Assembly: GCA_963799845.1 (NCBI GenBank)
Contig: CAWCYI010000006.1
Location: forward strand, 640,001 to 704,000
DNA from: an uncultured Nitrososphaerota archaeon
GTDB lineage: Archaea > Thermoproteota > Nitrososphaeria > Nitrososphaerales > CADDZS01
Reading direction: 5' to 3'
Length of the DNA stretch: 64,000 nt
Shown here: positions 10,420 through 20,793 of the stretch, piece by piece
How the letters are laid out: each line of letters starts with the position of its first letter
Position numbering within the stretch: the stretch's first letter is position 1
Position numbers and translations under genes: made by a program
The notes under the pieces: generated by a model
What the model saw: the letters and a program-made list of their open reading frames with translations, nothing else
What the model was told of the DNA's origin: nothing
Database searches by the model: none

Positions 10420-11578
10420 AAGTTTTGATCTCTTTTTGCCCGTAACCAATTGATTTCAGGATCTCTTCGTTGTCTTGACCAAACTTCGGAACTGAGAAGG
10501 TGGGTTCCAATTTCTTTCGGTTTCTACTCCGACGGCTAATAGGAGACCTTGCCACACGAACTTTTTTCTTGTCGCTCTCAAACAGATTGACCGCGTCTTC
10601 CAAAACCCCGAAATCCTGAAGTTCTCTGTCGTCGTAAACTTCGTCGATGGATCTGACTTTGGCACTTGGAACTGTCGTACCCAATCTTTCGAGCAATTCA
10701 TCAGAGTCTAATTCCGAAACAGCTGTTTGAATCGCCTGTTCGATTTCAGTCCTGTGGCCGATGCGGTATTTCATTTCGTCATAGTTCTTGTCGAGTCTGA
10801 TTTTCAATAATGATGATAATTTCTTCCATTGCACATCGCTAAGTGTCGCGATCAATACCCAATTGTTGTCCCTAGTTCTGAAAACTCTATGGGGAGAATA
10901 GCCGGGATGACCAGAGCCCAGCCGTTGCGGAATGATGCTGGTCATGCCAAAATAAGTCGACCAGTAGCCATTCCAGTAAACAGACATATCGAGCAGAGAT
11001 ATCTCTATGAATTTCCCCTTCTTGGATTTCCGACGTTCGAGCATAGCACCGAGCACTTCTATCGTTCCATAAGCAGCAGCTCCCAAATCTATTGACGGAT
11101 TTCCTACCCTAACTGGTTCGCCGTTTGGCTCGCCTGTGAGTGACATCGTCCCACTCATAGCTTGTGCCACCGCATCAAAAGCTGGTCTTTCAAAGTACTT
11201 GCTACTTGAGGAAAACCCTTTGATTGAACAGTAGATCAAATTGGGGTTGAGTTTGCGAAGAATATCATAGGAGAAACCCAATTGATTTGATACGTGTGGA
11301 CCCAAATTTTCTATGAAAATGTCTACTTTTTTCCTGGCGATTAGGCGGTGAAGAATCTCTTGCCCAACGTCGGATTTCAAGTTAAGGGACAGACTTTTCT
11401 TTCCAAGGTTATAGTTCATGAACCCCCAAGGACTAACGGTCCTAGAAGGGTCGCCGGTAATGGGTTGTTCTATTTTTATGACATCAGCGCCGAGGTCGTG
11501 TAATAATGAGCCCATGGCAGGCCCCGCAACCAAGGAAGATACTTCAACCACGATCAAACCTTTAAGCGGCAAAACCAA
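10397..11578 (-). CDS. Family III CoA-transferase (CaiB/BaiF)
   Basis: AGP...LGADVIKIE..GDPSR, GKKSL, AFD...QAMSG. Confidence 0.92.
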   Translation of the reverse strand: MVLPLKGLIVVEVSSLVAGPAMGSLLHDLGADVIKIEQPITGDPSRTVSPWGFMNYNLGKKSLSLNLKSDVGQEILHRLIARKKVDIFIENLGPHVSNQLGFSYDILRKLNPNLIYCSIKGFSSSSKYFERPAFDAVAQAMSGTMSLTGEPNGEPVRVGNPSIDLGAAAYGTIEVLGAMLERRKSKKGKFIEISLLDMSVYWNGYWSTYFGMTSIIPQRLGSGHPGYSPHRVFRTRDNNWVLIATLSDVQWKKLSSLLKIRLDKNYDEMKYRIGHRTEIEQAIQTAVSELDSDELLERLGTTVPSAKVRSIDEVYDDRELQDFGVLEDAVNLFESDKKKVRVARSPISRRSRNRKKLEPTFSVPKFGQDNEEILKSIGYGQKEIKTFKRLGVL

Positions 11579-11681
11579 TTTTCAAGGGACATCCTTTTCG
11601 CAAGAACACTTATTTCAAAGTCGAAATCAATTTATCATTTTATCAGTCTGAGAAACAAAAAAACGAAACACTTGATTTGAA

Positions 11682-12869
11682 TTGAATTTTGAGATAACTG
11701 AAGAGCAAGAACTCATCAGAAAGAACGTGAGAAGTTTCTGCGATACAAGGTATCCGAATAGCTACTGGAGAGAGCTTGACAAAAAGAAGGCATACCCCGA
11801 AGAATTTGTCAAAGATCTGACAAGCGAAGGATTCTTGTCGTGTCTAATTCCTCAGGAATATGGTGGGTCGGGACTGGGGATTCTGGAAGCAAGCATCATA
11901 CTCGAAGAAATAAACGCTTCAGGCGGAAATAGCGCAGCCTGTCATGCGCAAATGTACACTATGGGCACTCTCTTAAGGCACGGGACTGAAGAGCAGAAGA
12001 GGAAATACCTAACAAAGATAGCGACAGGTGAGCTTAGACTCCAGACGTTCGCAATAACCGAGCCTGAAGCTGGAATCGACACAACCAGAATCCAAACGAC
12101 AGCAGTTCGAAAAAAGAGCGAAAATATCTATGTGATAAATGGTCACAAGATATTCACGTCGAGACTGCGGCATTCTGATCTCATGCTGTTGCTGGTTAGA
12201 ACAACGCCTTACGAACAAGTCGGTAAGAAGACTGACGGGATCAGCATTTTCTTGATAGATCTGCGAAACTTGGTTGCTGGCTCAAATGGCGTCGCTGGCA
12301 TCAGGTTCAATCAGATCGACACGATGATCAATCATGAAACCAGCGAACTCTTCTTAGAAAATTTGGAAGTTCCCCAAGAAAATATGATCGGTAAGGAAGG
12401 AGAAGGTTTCAAGTACATCTTGGACAGCATTAATGCCGAAAGAATTCTAATCGCATCAGAATGCATAGGGGATGCAATGTTTTGCTTAGAGAAAGCAGTC
12501 GAGTATGCAAATTCTAGGATTGTCTTCAATCGTCCGATAGGTCAAAATCAGGGCGTGCAATTCCCCTTGGCCTCTGCGTATGCAAAGATTCAGGCCGCGA
12601 GCCTTATGCGTTACAAAGCGGCCAGTCTGTTCGACCAGGGCAAACCATGCGGAAATGAGGCCAACTTGGCGAAGCTTCTTTCTTCGGAAGCTTCGATTGA
12701 AGCGGCAAATGTGGCAATGACGACACTCGGGGGATACGGCATGACAAAGGACGCTGATGTTGAAAGGAAGTTCAGAGAATCAAGACTATTCATAGTAGCA
12801 CCCATTCCAAACTACATGATATTGAGCTACATCGCTGAACACATTTTGTCTCTCCCAAAATCCTATTGA
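11682..12869 (+). CDS. Acyl-CoA dehydrogenase
   Basis: FAITEPEAG.D, NGHKIFTS, R..FNRPIGQNQGVQF, GGYG. Confidence 0.95.
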   Translation: MNFEITEEQELIRKNVRSFCDTRYPNSYWRELDKKKAYPEEFVKDLTSEGFLSCLIPQEYGGSGLGILEASIILEEINASGGNSAACHAQMYTMGTLLRHGTEEQKRKYLTKIATGELRLQTFAITEPEAGIDTTRIQTTAVRKKSENIYVINGHKIFTSRLRHSDLMLLLVRTTPYEQVGKKTDGISIFLIDLRNLVAGSNGVAGIRFNQIDTMINHETSELFLENLEVPQENMIGKEGEGFKYILDSINAERILIASECIGDAMFCLEKAVEYANSRIVFNRPIGQNQGVQFPLASAYAKIQAASLMRYKAASLFDQGKPCGNEANLAKLLSSEASIEAANVAMTTLGGYGMTKDADVERKFRESRLFIVAPIPNYMILSYIAEHILSLPKSY

Positions 12870-13026
12870 GAAGCACCTGCTCCAAGAATCATTCTATTGC
12901 TGCAATTATCCTGCTTCGAATCGTAGACATAAGGTCTAATGGGGCACCTTTCCGGTTAGAGAATTGCCTAAGAATTCAGCTTCATTCAGAGAACAGAAGA
13001 GATATTTCTGCAAAAAAATGCCGGAC

Positions 13027-14886
13027 TCATACAACTTTCGAAGGAGCCGGCCCAGTAAATTTCTCCAGCTGAAGATCCAAAAGCACTGGATTTCCCTTTC
13101 TCACCAGTCTGATAGCATTAGGGAGCTCCCTTTCAAATTCTTCTACAGTTTCTATTCTTCTTGAGAACACGCCAAAACCTTTTGCGATCGAACAGAAATC
13201 AATGTTCGGTTTATCCAAATCCAGAAATTCGAAATCTCCCGAATCCCTTGCCCAATGCTGAGAGGAATCCTCGATCGGATGCCACTCCGCTGCCCAGCAG
13301 GAATTGTTCAAAATCACGTAAAGGACGCCAATTCCGTAGTGGGCACACGTCCAAAGAGCAGAATCAATATTGCCGAAAATTGCATCTCCATCGCCGGTGG
13401 TGCAAATCACTATCTTTTCAGAATCCGCGATCCTCCCGACTTTGTAAGACCCCATATCCTGTACGTCAATGTATTTTCGGTTAGCCAGCGAGACACCGTA
13501 CGCCATCCCAAGCGTGACGCCCAGATGACCGCTCGGATTTCCAAAGTACGCGCCCGGTCTCGTAAACGTAACTGTCCTGAGGAGAGTTTCCCACGATGAG
13601 GCCGCTCCATTAACCCAAATCGAATCATCCGTAATTTGTTTATTCAGGACGTACCCGACAGACCAATCATCCAGCTTGTTAGATTCGTAACTGAGTAGTG
13701 CTTTCTGTCTCCACGTCGTGAATATGCGGTCGTGTTCGATCTTGTACCTGGCCACCCTTTCTTCGATCATCTTTTTTTCCGGGCTGAGCAACTTTGAGCT
13801 TGCTACGCGGATGATTTTTTGAAGTGTCTCATTCGAATCACAGACCGCTCTAATTTTAGCCGGCACAAGCGAAGCCCCGTAATCGCCGCCAGCGTAGACA
13901 TCCTGTCTGTGGAACGGATCGCTAGTCATGTCAATAACATCGACTTCGTGATTTTTGAAAGTCTGATGCGGTAAGAGTCCAAGTTCAAGTGCAACGACAA
14001 GATCGGTCCGAGTAGGAATCTCGGGTTGCAAATAGCGGCTCACAAATCCCAGGTGTAGTTGATCCGAAACGGGATAGTTCATGAAGAATCGACGTTCCAT
14101 CACACCAACCCCGAACAGATTAGCAAAATCAATCAGGTGACTCACGGCTTCAGGATGCCGTCCTAGCTGAGAAGTGAGAAGCACGGGGTTATCATGAGTA
14201 AGTAAAGAGTCGATTATGCTTTCGATCGTTCCATCATCGGGAACCCTTGGAGAGGTGACGGGTTCTCCTCTAGTGATACCTGTCCAGCCTTTCTGCACAG
14301 TTTGTGCCATCAGATCTTGCCGCAGAGTGACGTAAACTGGTGCCCGATGTTCAGAGAGCGTTGCGTAAAATGCCTTTTCGATGTCGTCCGGCATCGTGTC
14401 AAGTGAATTTACCTGCGCCAACCATTTCACCCAGGGTAGAACCATCATCTGCTGGTAAATACTGTAGTGAAGCTCGGGTGCTCCGGTTTGTATCGGAACG
14501 CCCGGTAAGTTCGCAGAAGCAAAGATCAACGTCGGCGAGGAGTTCATAAAGGCGCCGAAAATTGCGCCTATTGCATTCTGAGTCCCGACTATTCTATCAA
14601 TCAATGCGACACCCTCCCGTCCAGAAGCAAGGGCGTAGCCCATTGCGGCGCTAACGGTTGTAAACTCGTGGAGTCCTTGAATCCACTTTGGAGGTTTCTC
14701 AACCACCATTGCGTCTTGTATGTCGGGCATCCCCGCACCGGTTGTTCCAAATACGTAATCGACTCCCTTGATTTGTAGGAGTTTGATGAACCACTGGCCG
14801 CCGGTTTTCACGTCAATCACGTTATTTTCTAAGCGATCTTGAGAAGTATAGGTTGCGTGGTTGTTATCCTCATCTCTGGGCATCAT
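13027..14886 (-). CDS. Thiamine diphosphate-dependent enzyme (acetolactate synthase/benzoylformate decarboxylase-like)
   Basis: GVDYVFG, LHE..AAMGYA, TPP motif GDGD...LNN; ATG at 14886 preferred. Confidence 0.85.
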   Translation of the reverse strand: MMPRDEDNNHATYTSQDRLENNVIDVKTGGQWFIKLLQIKGVDYVFGTTGAGMPDIQDAMVVEKPPKWIQGLHEFTTVSAAMGYALASGREGVALIDRIVGTQNAIGAIFGAFMNSSPTLIFASANLPGVPIQTGAPELHYSIYQQMMVLPWVKWLAQVNSLDTMPDDIEKAFYATLSEHRAPVYVTLRQDLMAQTVQKGWTGITRGEPVTSPRVPDDGTIESIIDSLLTHDNPVLLTSQLGRHPEAVSHLIDFANLFGVGVMERRFFMNYPVSDQLHLGFVSRYLQPEIPTRTDLVVALELGLLPHQTFKNHEVDVIDMTSDPFHRQDVYAGGDYGASLVPAKIRAVCDSNETLQKIIRVASSKLLSPEKKMIEERVARYKIEHDRIFTTWRQKALLSYESNKLDDWSVGYVLNKQITDDSIWVNGAASSWETLLRTVTFTRPGAYFGNPSGHLGVTLGMAYGVSLANRKYIDVQDMGSYKVGRIADSEKIVICTTGDGDAIFGNIDSALWTCAHYGIGVLYVILNNSCWAAEWHPIEDSSQHWARDSGDFEFLDLDKPNIDFCSIAKGFGVFSRRIETVEEFERELPNAIRLVRKGNPVLLDLQLEKFTGPAPSKVV

Positions 14887-14922
14887 TGCTAAACCTACTT
14901 TCTGCGCGACAAATACGAACAC

Positions 14923-15435
14923 TCATTTCCATTTCTGGTTGGATTTCCTGACCATGAATGAGCGCTCAAACTCCATTATCGGGGTGTCATTTTGTTTGAA
15001 TCCAGTTGTCCTTACCGTTACGATTCCCATGGAAGGATGGGAATTTGATTCTCGTTTTGCTGTAATTTCGGATTTGGCACTGATGGTGTCTCCAGCGAAA
15101 GTCGGCTTCGAAACCTTCCAGTTAGTCATCCCGAGCATGATTCCATTCTTGCTAGTGTCGCCGACACTGAGACCAAGAACTATGGAGAGGACAAGCAGGG
15201 AATTTACTACGAGTCTTCCGTCAAAAGGAGGGTCAGAGAAATTCTTTTCGACGTATTCCTTATTGTAATGTATCTGATTTGAATTGCATGTTATAAGCGT
15301 GAACCAAATGTTATCAGTGTCCGTTATTGTTCGGCCGCCAGAATGACTCAGTACTTCTCCGACTTTGAAATCCTCGTAAAATGGACCCTCTTCCTTTCCT
15401 CTTTCTTCATCTCGACTCTTGCTTGAAGTTGACAT
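14923..15435 (-). CDS. MaoC-family (R)-hydratase/dehydratase
   Basis: YEDFKVG, RTITDTDN..F...N.NQIH, PTFAGDT. Confidence 0.92.
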   Translation of the reverse strand: MSTSSKSRDEERGKEEGPFYEDFKVGEVLSHSGGRTITDTDNIWFTLITCNSNQIHYNKEYVEKNFSDPPFDGRLVVNSLLVLSIVLGLSVGDTSKNGIMLGMTNWKVSKPTFAGDTISAKSEITAKRESNSHPSMGIVTVRTTGFKQNDTPIMEFERSFMVRKSNQKWK

Positions 15436-15679
15436 TGTTCACTCGTACTGTTGGCGAATGTGCAAAACGATGATTTCGGCCGTTATTAAAATGGATTGAG
15501 AGATTCCGTTCTCTCAAATCGCCGATGAACTTGCCATATATTAGGTCGGCCAGTTCAGCAGATAATCAAATCATCGATCTCAAAAACTATGCGAAATATT
15601 CAGAACTTCGCAGACGTGACGATCATAGTCCACGATCCGTAACGATTTAAGGAAAAGCGGAAATGGCGAAAACGGAGAA

Positions 15680-15785
15680 CGCCTCGGGTGAGATTTGAAC
15701 TCACGATCGGTGTAAACCGAAACGGATGTGTGCGCGATTTCTTCGCTTAGCAATCCGTCGCCCTACCAGGCTAGGCGACCGAGGC
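15680..15785 (-). tRNA. tRNA-Ser(GCU) with a 20-nt intron at 37/38 (15728-15747)
   Basis: Acceptor GCCTCGG/CCGAGGC, anticodon stem ACGGA/TCCGT, long variable arm, TTCAAAT loop; intron has a GCGA/TCGC outer helix forming a BHB. Confidence 0.95.
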
Positions 15786-15864
15786 CCAGATGACCACACA
15801 ATCTGGAATTAGCTATTTCAGCTGTTGGGTAGGCTAACTTTGGCTTTACTTTGGTTCGAAGAAT

Positions 15865-16491
15865 TTGATGATCCCGATTCCTAATCATGCCGCTCAAATC
15901 AAAGTAGATGCCGCCATAATGCAAGAGAGAGAAGGTCTAATAAATCGCGGACTGGCAGCTCGCAGCGACGTCCAGAAGGCGGTCTTGTCCATAACCGAAT
16001 ACAGGTTTACAACAGTAGACGGCCAACTGATAGTTGTTGCAGCCGATGACAAATTCAAAGTCATACTGGGAAGCTATCCAAGTTACAGCCCAAGATCAGG
16101 TCTCATTTTCAAAGTTGATTCTGGAAGGGAGACCGATGAGAGTCTGGTTGTGGACGTTATTTCGAGAGAGTTAAGGACGATCTTGGGTAGGGCAACAGCC
16201 ATCAGAGGAAAAAAAGTTGTAGAGTACTGTGGACAAACCTCCCTTGACTCGGACCAGATGATGACGACTATCACTGTGGCTCTGAAGCAAGAGGCGGGAA
16301 TAACTCGCGAAGAGGTAAAGAAAGTATCACGGATGCGAAGGTTCATGTCAAGACTTGGATTCAAGAGTACGCCCTCTTCCGAAGCTTCCAGAATCACTGA
16401 TTACAATTCGGCTGCAAAAACTGGAACAAGCATCGGTGATTTGACTCTTCAGGAAACATATCATCGGCAATTAGATGCATTATTACCCTAG
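15865..16491 (+). CDS. Hypothetical protein
   Basis: 208-aa ORF with no recognised motif. Confidence 0.5.
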   Translation: MMIPIPNHAAQIKVDAAIMQEREGLINRGLAARSDVQKAVLSITEYRFTTVDGQLIVVAADDKFKVILGSYPSYSPRSGLIFKVDSGRETDESLVVDVISRELRTILGRATAIRGKKVVEYCGQTSLDSDQMMTTITVALKQEAGITREEVKKVSRMRRFMSRLGFKSTPSSEASRITDYNSAAKTGTSIGDLTLQETYHRQLDALLP

Positions 16492-16607
16492 TTTGTATAG
16501 GGCGACTTTCTAGTCAGAACCACGAATACCTAAGACAGAAGATTCATGCCAAGAAGGTCGGAGTCGAAAATTGGATTGTGGACTGAATCCTTAGCTAGCC
16601 CCAATTT

Positions 16608-18302
16608 CTAACATCCAAAGTAGTCAGTCTGAGTTGTCGATGAGTCAGTCGCTGTTGAAGTGGTTGTTGAAGCGCAGCTATTTGTAAAAGTTGTAGCTGT
16701 CACGGTAGTTGCAGTTACAGTTGTTTCGTAAGTAGTTGTGGTTCCCCCATCAACTGTCTGATAAGTGGTAACTGATCCGCCATTAATTGTAGAAGTAGTA
16801 GTTGTACTATCAGTTTCAGTCGAGGTAGTTGTTGTGGTGGTTGTCTGAGTGTAAGTTGTAGTAACAGTTGTAGAATCTGTTTCCGTTGACGTTGAACTTG
16901 TAGTCGTCGCAAATGTCTGGGTAGTAGTCGAGGTCACAGCAGTTTGATCCGTTTCTGTCGATGTTGTAGTAGCAGGAACTGTCGATGTTGAAGTTGTGGT
17001 TATGGTGGTTGGATCCGTTTCCGTAGAAGTTGTGGTCGTAGGAATCGTAGTTGTAGATATGGTCGTATCTGTTGTTGTGGTGTTGTGTATATGAGTCGAC
17101 GTGGTGGTTGTAACGGTCGGAACTGTTATCGTTGTCGTCACACTTGTAAAGACATAATCAGTACCTGTCGATATAGTTGTAGTTGGAATGGTTTGGGTAG
17201 AGGTCGAAGTTATCGTGGCCTGATCCGTCTCTGTGTTTGTTATCGTAGTTTGATCTGTTTCTGTAGATGTCGTTGTAGTGGGAAATGTAGAAGTTGAAGT
17301 GATAGTCTTTGGAACGATTATCGTTGTTGTGCTAGTCGTAGAAGCCGTAGCGGTTGAAGTCGATGTCGTAATTGCTGGAATCGTCTGAGTAGAAGTCGAA
17401 GATACGGTGGTCTGAATTGTGTCCGTGGAAGTTGTCGTAGCAGGGATAGTCGTTGTAGAAGTTGTTGTAACGGGAATAGTGGTCGTAGAAGTTGTAGGAA
17501 TGGTCACGGTTGACGTTATCGTAGCAGGAATTGTCGTTGTAGATGTTGTTGAAGCGGAAATCGTCGCTGTAGACGTTGTGGTTGCAGGAATAGTATCTGT
17601 AGAGGTAGTAGTTGCCGCAACGGTTTGAGTGGATGTTGTAGACACCGGGATAGTAGTCGTTGAAGTTGTGGTTGCCGGAACGGTTGATGTTGATGTTTTG
17701 GTCGTAGGAATTGTGACTGTAGAGGTTACCGTTACTGGTATTGTTGTGGTCGAAGTCGTTGGCACTACTGAAGTCGAAGTAACTGTTGTGGTTGTCGAAG
17801 TTGGAATCGTAGTAGTCGAAGTAACTGGAATTGTTGTCGTGTACGTTGTGGCTGTTGCTACAGTTGAAGTTTCCGGATCCATGGAAGTTGAAGTAACTGT
17901 TTGAGTTGCAGTGGTTGAATCGGTCACAAGAGTCGAATCAGTCACTGTTGTCGTATCTGTGTCTGTAACGTGAGAGGTAGAGGTTACAGTCGTTGGATCG
18001 GTCAGAGTAGTATCGAAGGTTGATGTACTAGTCGTTCCGGTCATACTGGTCACGGTACTCGAGAAGGTCAGCGTAGTACTCGATATGAAACAACATGCAG
18101 TCGAGGTCGAAGTCGTAGTTTCAGTTTTACAGCAAGTCGTCTTCGTCGATGTTACCGTTTTGGTTGTTGTCTTAGTGGTCGTTTTTGCGGCTGTTGTTGC
18201 CGCTGGAGCTTGGCTCTGCGAAAAGGCCGAGGAAGAAACGGCCGTGAAAGCTACAAGGATAACCAAAAAGACCAGAGCCATTAAAGCGAATTTTCGAATC
18301 AA
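16608..18302 (-). CDS. Secreted Thr-rich repeat protein
   Basis: Signal peptide; about half Thr; (A/V)TTTSTxTIP repeats; CC pairs near the N-terminus and a C-terminal Cys. Confidence 0.85.
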   Translation of the reverse strand: MIRKFALMALVFLVILVAFTAVSSSAFSQSQAPAATTAAKTTTKTTTKTVTSTKTTCCKTETTTSTSTACCFISSTTLTFSSTVTSMTGTTSTSTFDTTLTDPTTVTSTSHVTDTDTTTVTDSTLVTDSTTATQTVTSTSMDPETSTVATATTYTTTIPVTSTTTIPTSTTTTVTSTSVVPTTSTTTIPVTVTSTVTIPTTKTSTSTVPATTTSTTTIPVSTTSTQTVAATTTSTDTIPATTTSTATISASTTSTTTIPATITSTVTIPTTSTTTIPVTTTSTTTIPATTTSTDTIQTTVSSTSTQTIPAITTSTSTATASTTSTTTIIVPKTITSTSTFPTTTTSTETDQTTITNTETDQATITSTSTQTIPTTTISTGTDYVFTSVTTTITVPTVTTTTSTHIHNTTTTDTTISTTTIPTTTTSTETDPTTITTTSTSTVPATTTSTETDQTAVTSTTTQTFATTTSSTSTETDSTTVTTTYTQTTTTTTTSTETDSTTTTSTINGGSVTTYQTVDGGTTTTYETTVTATTVTATTFTNSCASTTTSTATDSSTTQTDYFGC

Positions 18303-18427
18303 TTTTCCTATGTCACCCTATCTTTTACTACCGAATTTTGGATCTTCTTGGATAACGAAAAATTTTGGAGAAGGAAGCTTGCCGGATGAAAAGCGCACCA
18401 AAACGCTGGGTGAATAAAATAGGAAGC

Positions 18428-19177
18428 TTATGGGCAATTCACCTGAGTTTGTGTCGTCGTCGCACCGGTGATATCGCTTTCCGTACATGTTAGCGTGATC
18501 GTGGCGCCTGTCGTGATTCCGGTGACTGTAATTGTCTTTGTCACTTTTGTCGCTGTCGAAACCGTGGCAGTTGTTCTTTCGGTCTGCGTCGTAAGCGCAG
18601 TTTGTGTCGTGGACGCGGTTAAGGTACGAGTTGTGCGATCCGTTTGGGTTGTCTGAATAGTATCTGTGAGAGTCGTCGGAAAAGTGCTCGTTATCGTCTC
18701 GATTGTGGTCTCTGTGATCAGAACCGTGCCGGAAGTTAGTACAGTAGTTGTCTGCTCTTCAGTTTGATAAATTATTTCACTCATAACCGAGGTCGTAAAT
18801 GATGTCAGGGTCTGGGTCGCCGAACCGTTAGTCACGGTCGTGTAGATAGGAATCGTGAGCGTCGAATTCACGTTTGAAGTCGTTACCGTATAAGAAGTGA
18901 CTAGAGCTGTGCTGGTCCCGTTGATGAGCGTCGTTGTGAAATGATTGGTCTGCGTCACTGTTTCTGGTATCGTGGTCGTGGTGTTGACGTAGTTCGTAAT
19001 GTTTGTTTCGTCGGCATTTGTCGTCTGATTACCGGGTTGCGTCGTCACAGTGTAGGCTAGTGATGAAAAAGAGGACGAATTGAACGGGAATAAGGTCCTC
19101 TGGACTCCTATCACCCCAATTGAGATGGTCAAGATGATGGCTATGGAAATCACTGTGAGTATTGCTGATCTTTGCAT
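18428..19177 (-). CDS. Secreted or N-anchored Thr-rich protein
   Basis: N-terminal hydrophobic helix, several NxT/S sequons, Thr-rich body, two Cys near the C-terminus. Confidence 0.8.
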   Translation of the reverse strand: MQRSAILTVISIAIILTISIGVIGVQRTLFPFNSSSFSSLAYTVTTQPGNQTTNADETNITNYVNTTTTIPETVTQTNHFTTTLINGTSTALVTSYTVTTSNVNSTLTIPIYTTVTNGSATQTLTSFTTSVMSEIIYQTEEQTTTVLTSGTVLITETTIETITSTFPTTLTDTIQTTQTDRTTRTLTASTTQTALTTQTERTTATVSTATKVTKTITVTGITTGATITLTCTESDITGATTTQTQVNCP

Positions 19178-19402
19178 GATCTACGCGCTTTTTTTATTTC
19201 GACGCAGGATTATGCTGGTTACCAGTTTTGTAAGTTGTATTTTTCTGGATCGGGACTAGTACCATTTTTCCAAGGTCCGTCTCATCTCAACCAGTGGGGT
19301 AGATTTTTCATCGTGTCAAAATTCGTTTGCCACGTAGTCTAAGATTGAAAACAATAACCATAAAGGCCTCCAATCGACTAGCAACGGCCGGAAGACCCCC
19401 TC

Positions 19403-20749
19403 ATGACGTTAGCGAAAGAGTTTAGCATTTACGGCGAAGATTACGGTACCTCGGAATTCAAGTTTGGCGTTGCTACGCTCGGGAATACGCCCGATGCCAT
19501 TGACTCCCGTGGATATTTCCCTGATATGAGAAGCGCTCTGCTGAACTTGAGTTCTCGTTCAGCAAAGACCATGTCGTCAGGGAGAAACAATCAGATGTTG
19601 GTTGTTGGACCCACCGTAGCACAACACCTGGAGGCTCGGCGTGACATCGCGGAGCGGATGGTTTACCCCATGCGGAACGGCGAAATCGAGTCAGACGATG
19701 AGAGAGCTTGGTTAGTGGTCAAAGAAATTACGCGTTATGGTCTGCTGAGGCACGCACCAGAGAAGGCGGTCGCGCCCGAGTTCAACGGCTTCAAATGCGT
19801 CGGTGCACTGTCTGCGACTGCTCCACGCTACATGTACGACAGGCTCATAGGGATTCATCGGGAGATCAACAATGAAGAAAACAGAACGCTCACAAGGGTC
19901 CTGTCCATCATACCTCAGCCTCTTGCAGTAGCTATCTCTCAGAAACGACTAGCGTGCACGGTTCTGGAGGGAGGACACGGTAACACTCAGGTCGCTCCCA
20001 TAAGCAGCGGAGTGATTTTCAGTGCGTTAACGACGCTCAATAGAGGGGGCAGCGACTGCGACCTGATCGCGGCCGAGATATTGAAGGATGCAGGCTATTC
20101 TGATCTCGCCCGCGAACCCAAACTCGTCAAGGTATTCAAGGAATCCACGGGTCTTATCCCGAAGAACTTGGACAAGGTGATGCAAGAAAAGCAGACCACC
20201 TTGTTTGAGACAACGTTCAAGATTCCGTCGACAAAGATCTCCATAAGTTTGGGCAAGAACAGCTGGCAGCGTTTTTTGATGGGAGAGTATTTCTTCAATC
20301 CGAACCATGAGATCTTTGCCTCTTATTACAGGAGAGGATTCCCGAGGCCGGCGGATACGTACAGCGAGGGAAGAGCTGTTCTTGGAACCACCGATCTGGC
20401 TGATGTCATCATCCAGTCCGTCCAAAAATGCAGTTTTGAAATTCAACCCGCACTCTATCAGAACATAATTCTGTCTGGCGGTAATTTTGCATGGCAGGTG
20501 CCTCCGAACCTGACGAATTACGCTGTCAACTCGCCCGCCAAGCTCAAGAAGATGCTCGAAGAAAAGGGAATCGCCGGAAGCACGGTCGAGCTCACGAAAA
20601 ATCCGGTCTACAATGTGTGGCAGGGATGCATTGCTTACGGGCTCTACACTCCTGAAAATTATGAATGGGACTGGGATTCGCGGGAAGGGTGGCTACAGCT
20701 CGTTGCGAGTGCGGAGCTGGGCGAACAGAGCATCAGTGCCGAAATTTAG
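19403..20749 (+). CDS. Crenactin (archaeal actin homologue)
   Basis: GEDYGTS.FKFG, YPMRNG...DDERAW, ALSATAP.YMY, IIPQPLAVAI, LEGGHGNTQVAPIS, NRGG, ILKD.GYSD.ARE, ILSGG.F.W.VP, C-terminal W..D.REGW; collinear with Thermoproteales crenactin as recalled. Confidence 0.93.
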   Translation: MTLAKEFSIYGEDYGTSEFKFGVATLGNTPDAIDSRGYFPDMRSALLNLSSRSAKTMSSGRNNQMLVVGPTVAQHLEARRDIAERMVYPMRNGEIESDDERAWLVVKEITRYGLLRHAPEKAVAPEFNGFKCVGALSATAPRYMYDRLIGIHREINNEENRTLTRVLSIIPQPLAVAISQKRLACTVLEGGHGNTQVAPISSGVIFSALTTLNRGGSDCDLIAAEILKDAGYSDLAREPKLVKVFKESTGLIPKNLDKVMQEKQTTLFETTFKIPSTKISISLGKNSWQRFLMGEYFFNPNHEIFASYYRRGFPRPADTYSEGRAVLGTTDLADVIIQSVQKCSFEIQPALYQNIILSGGNFAWQVPPNLTNYAVNSPAKLKKMLEEKGIAGSTVELTKNPVYNVWQGCIAYGLYTPENYEWDWDSREGWLQLVASAELGEQSISAEI

Positions 20750-20793
20750 CGAATAAAAAAATAGAGATATCCTTGCGCTAAAGATTCTGCGGG

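Noticed and set aside
16700-18200. Possible CRISPR or tandem DNA array
   Set aside because: Repeats are degenerate at third codon positions with no constant repeat and unique spacer; they are protein-level repeats.
17085-18656. Val-rich plus-strand ORFs
   Set aside because: Antisense shadows of ACN (Thr) codons in the Thr-rich genes.
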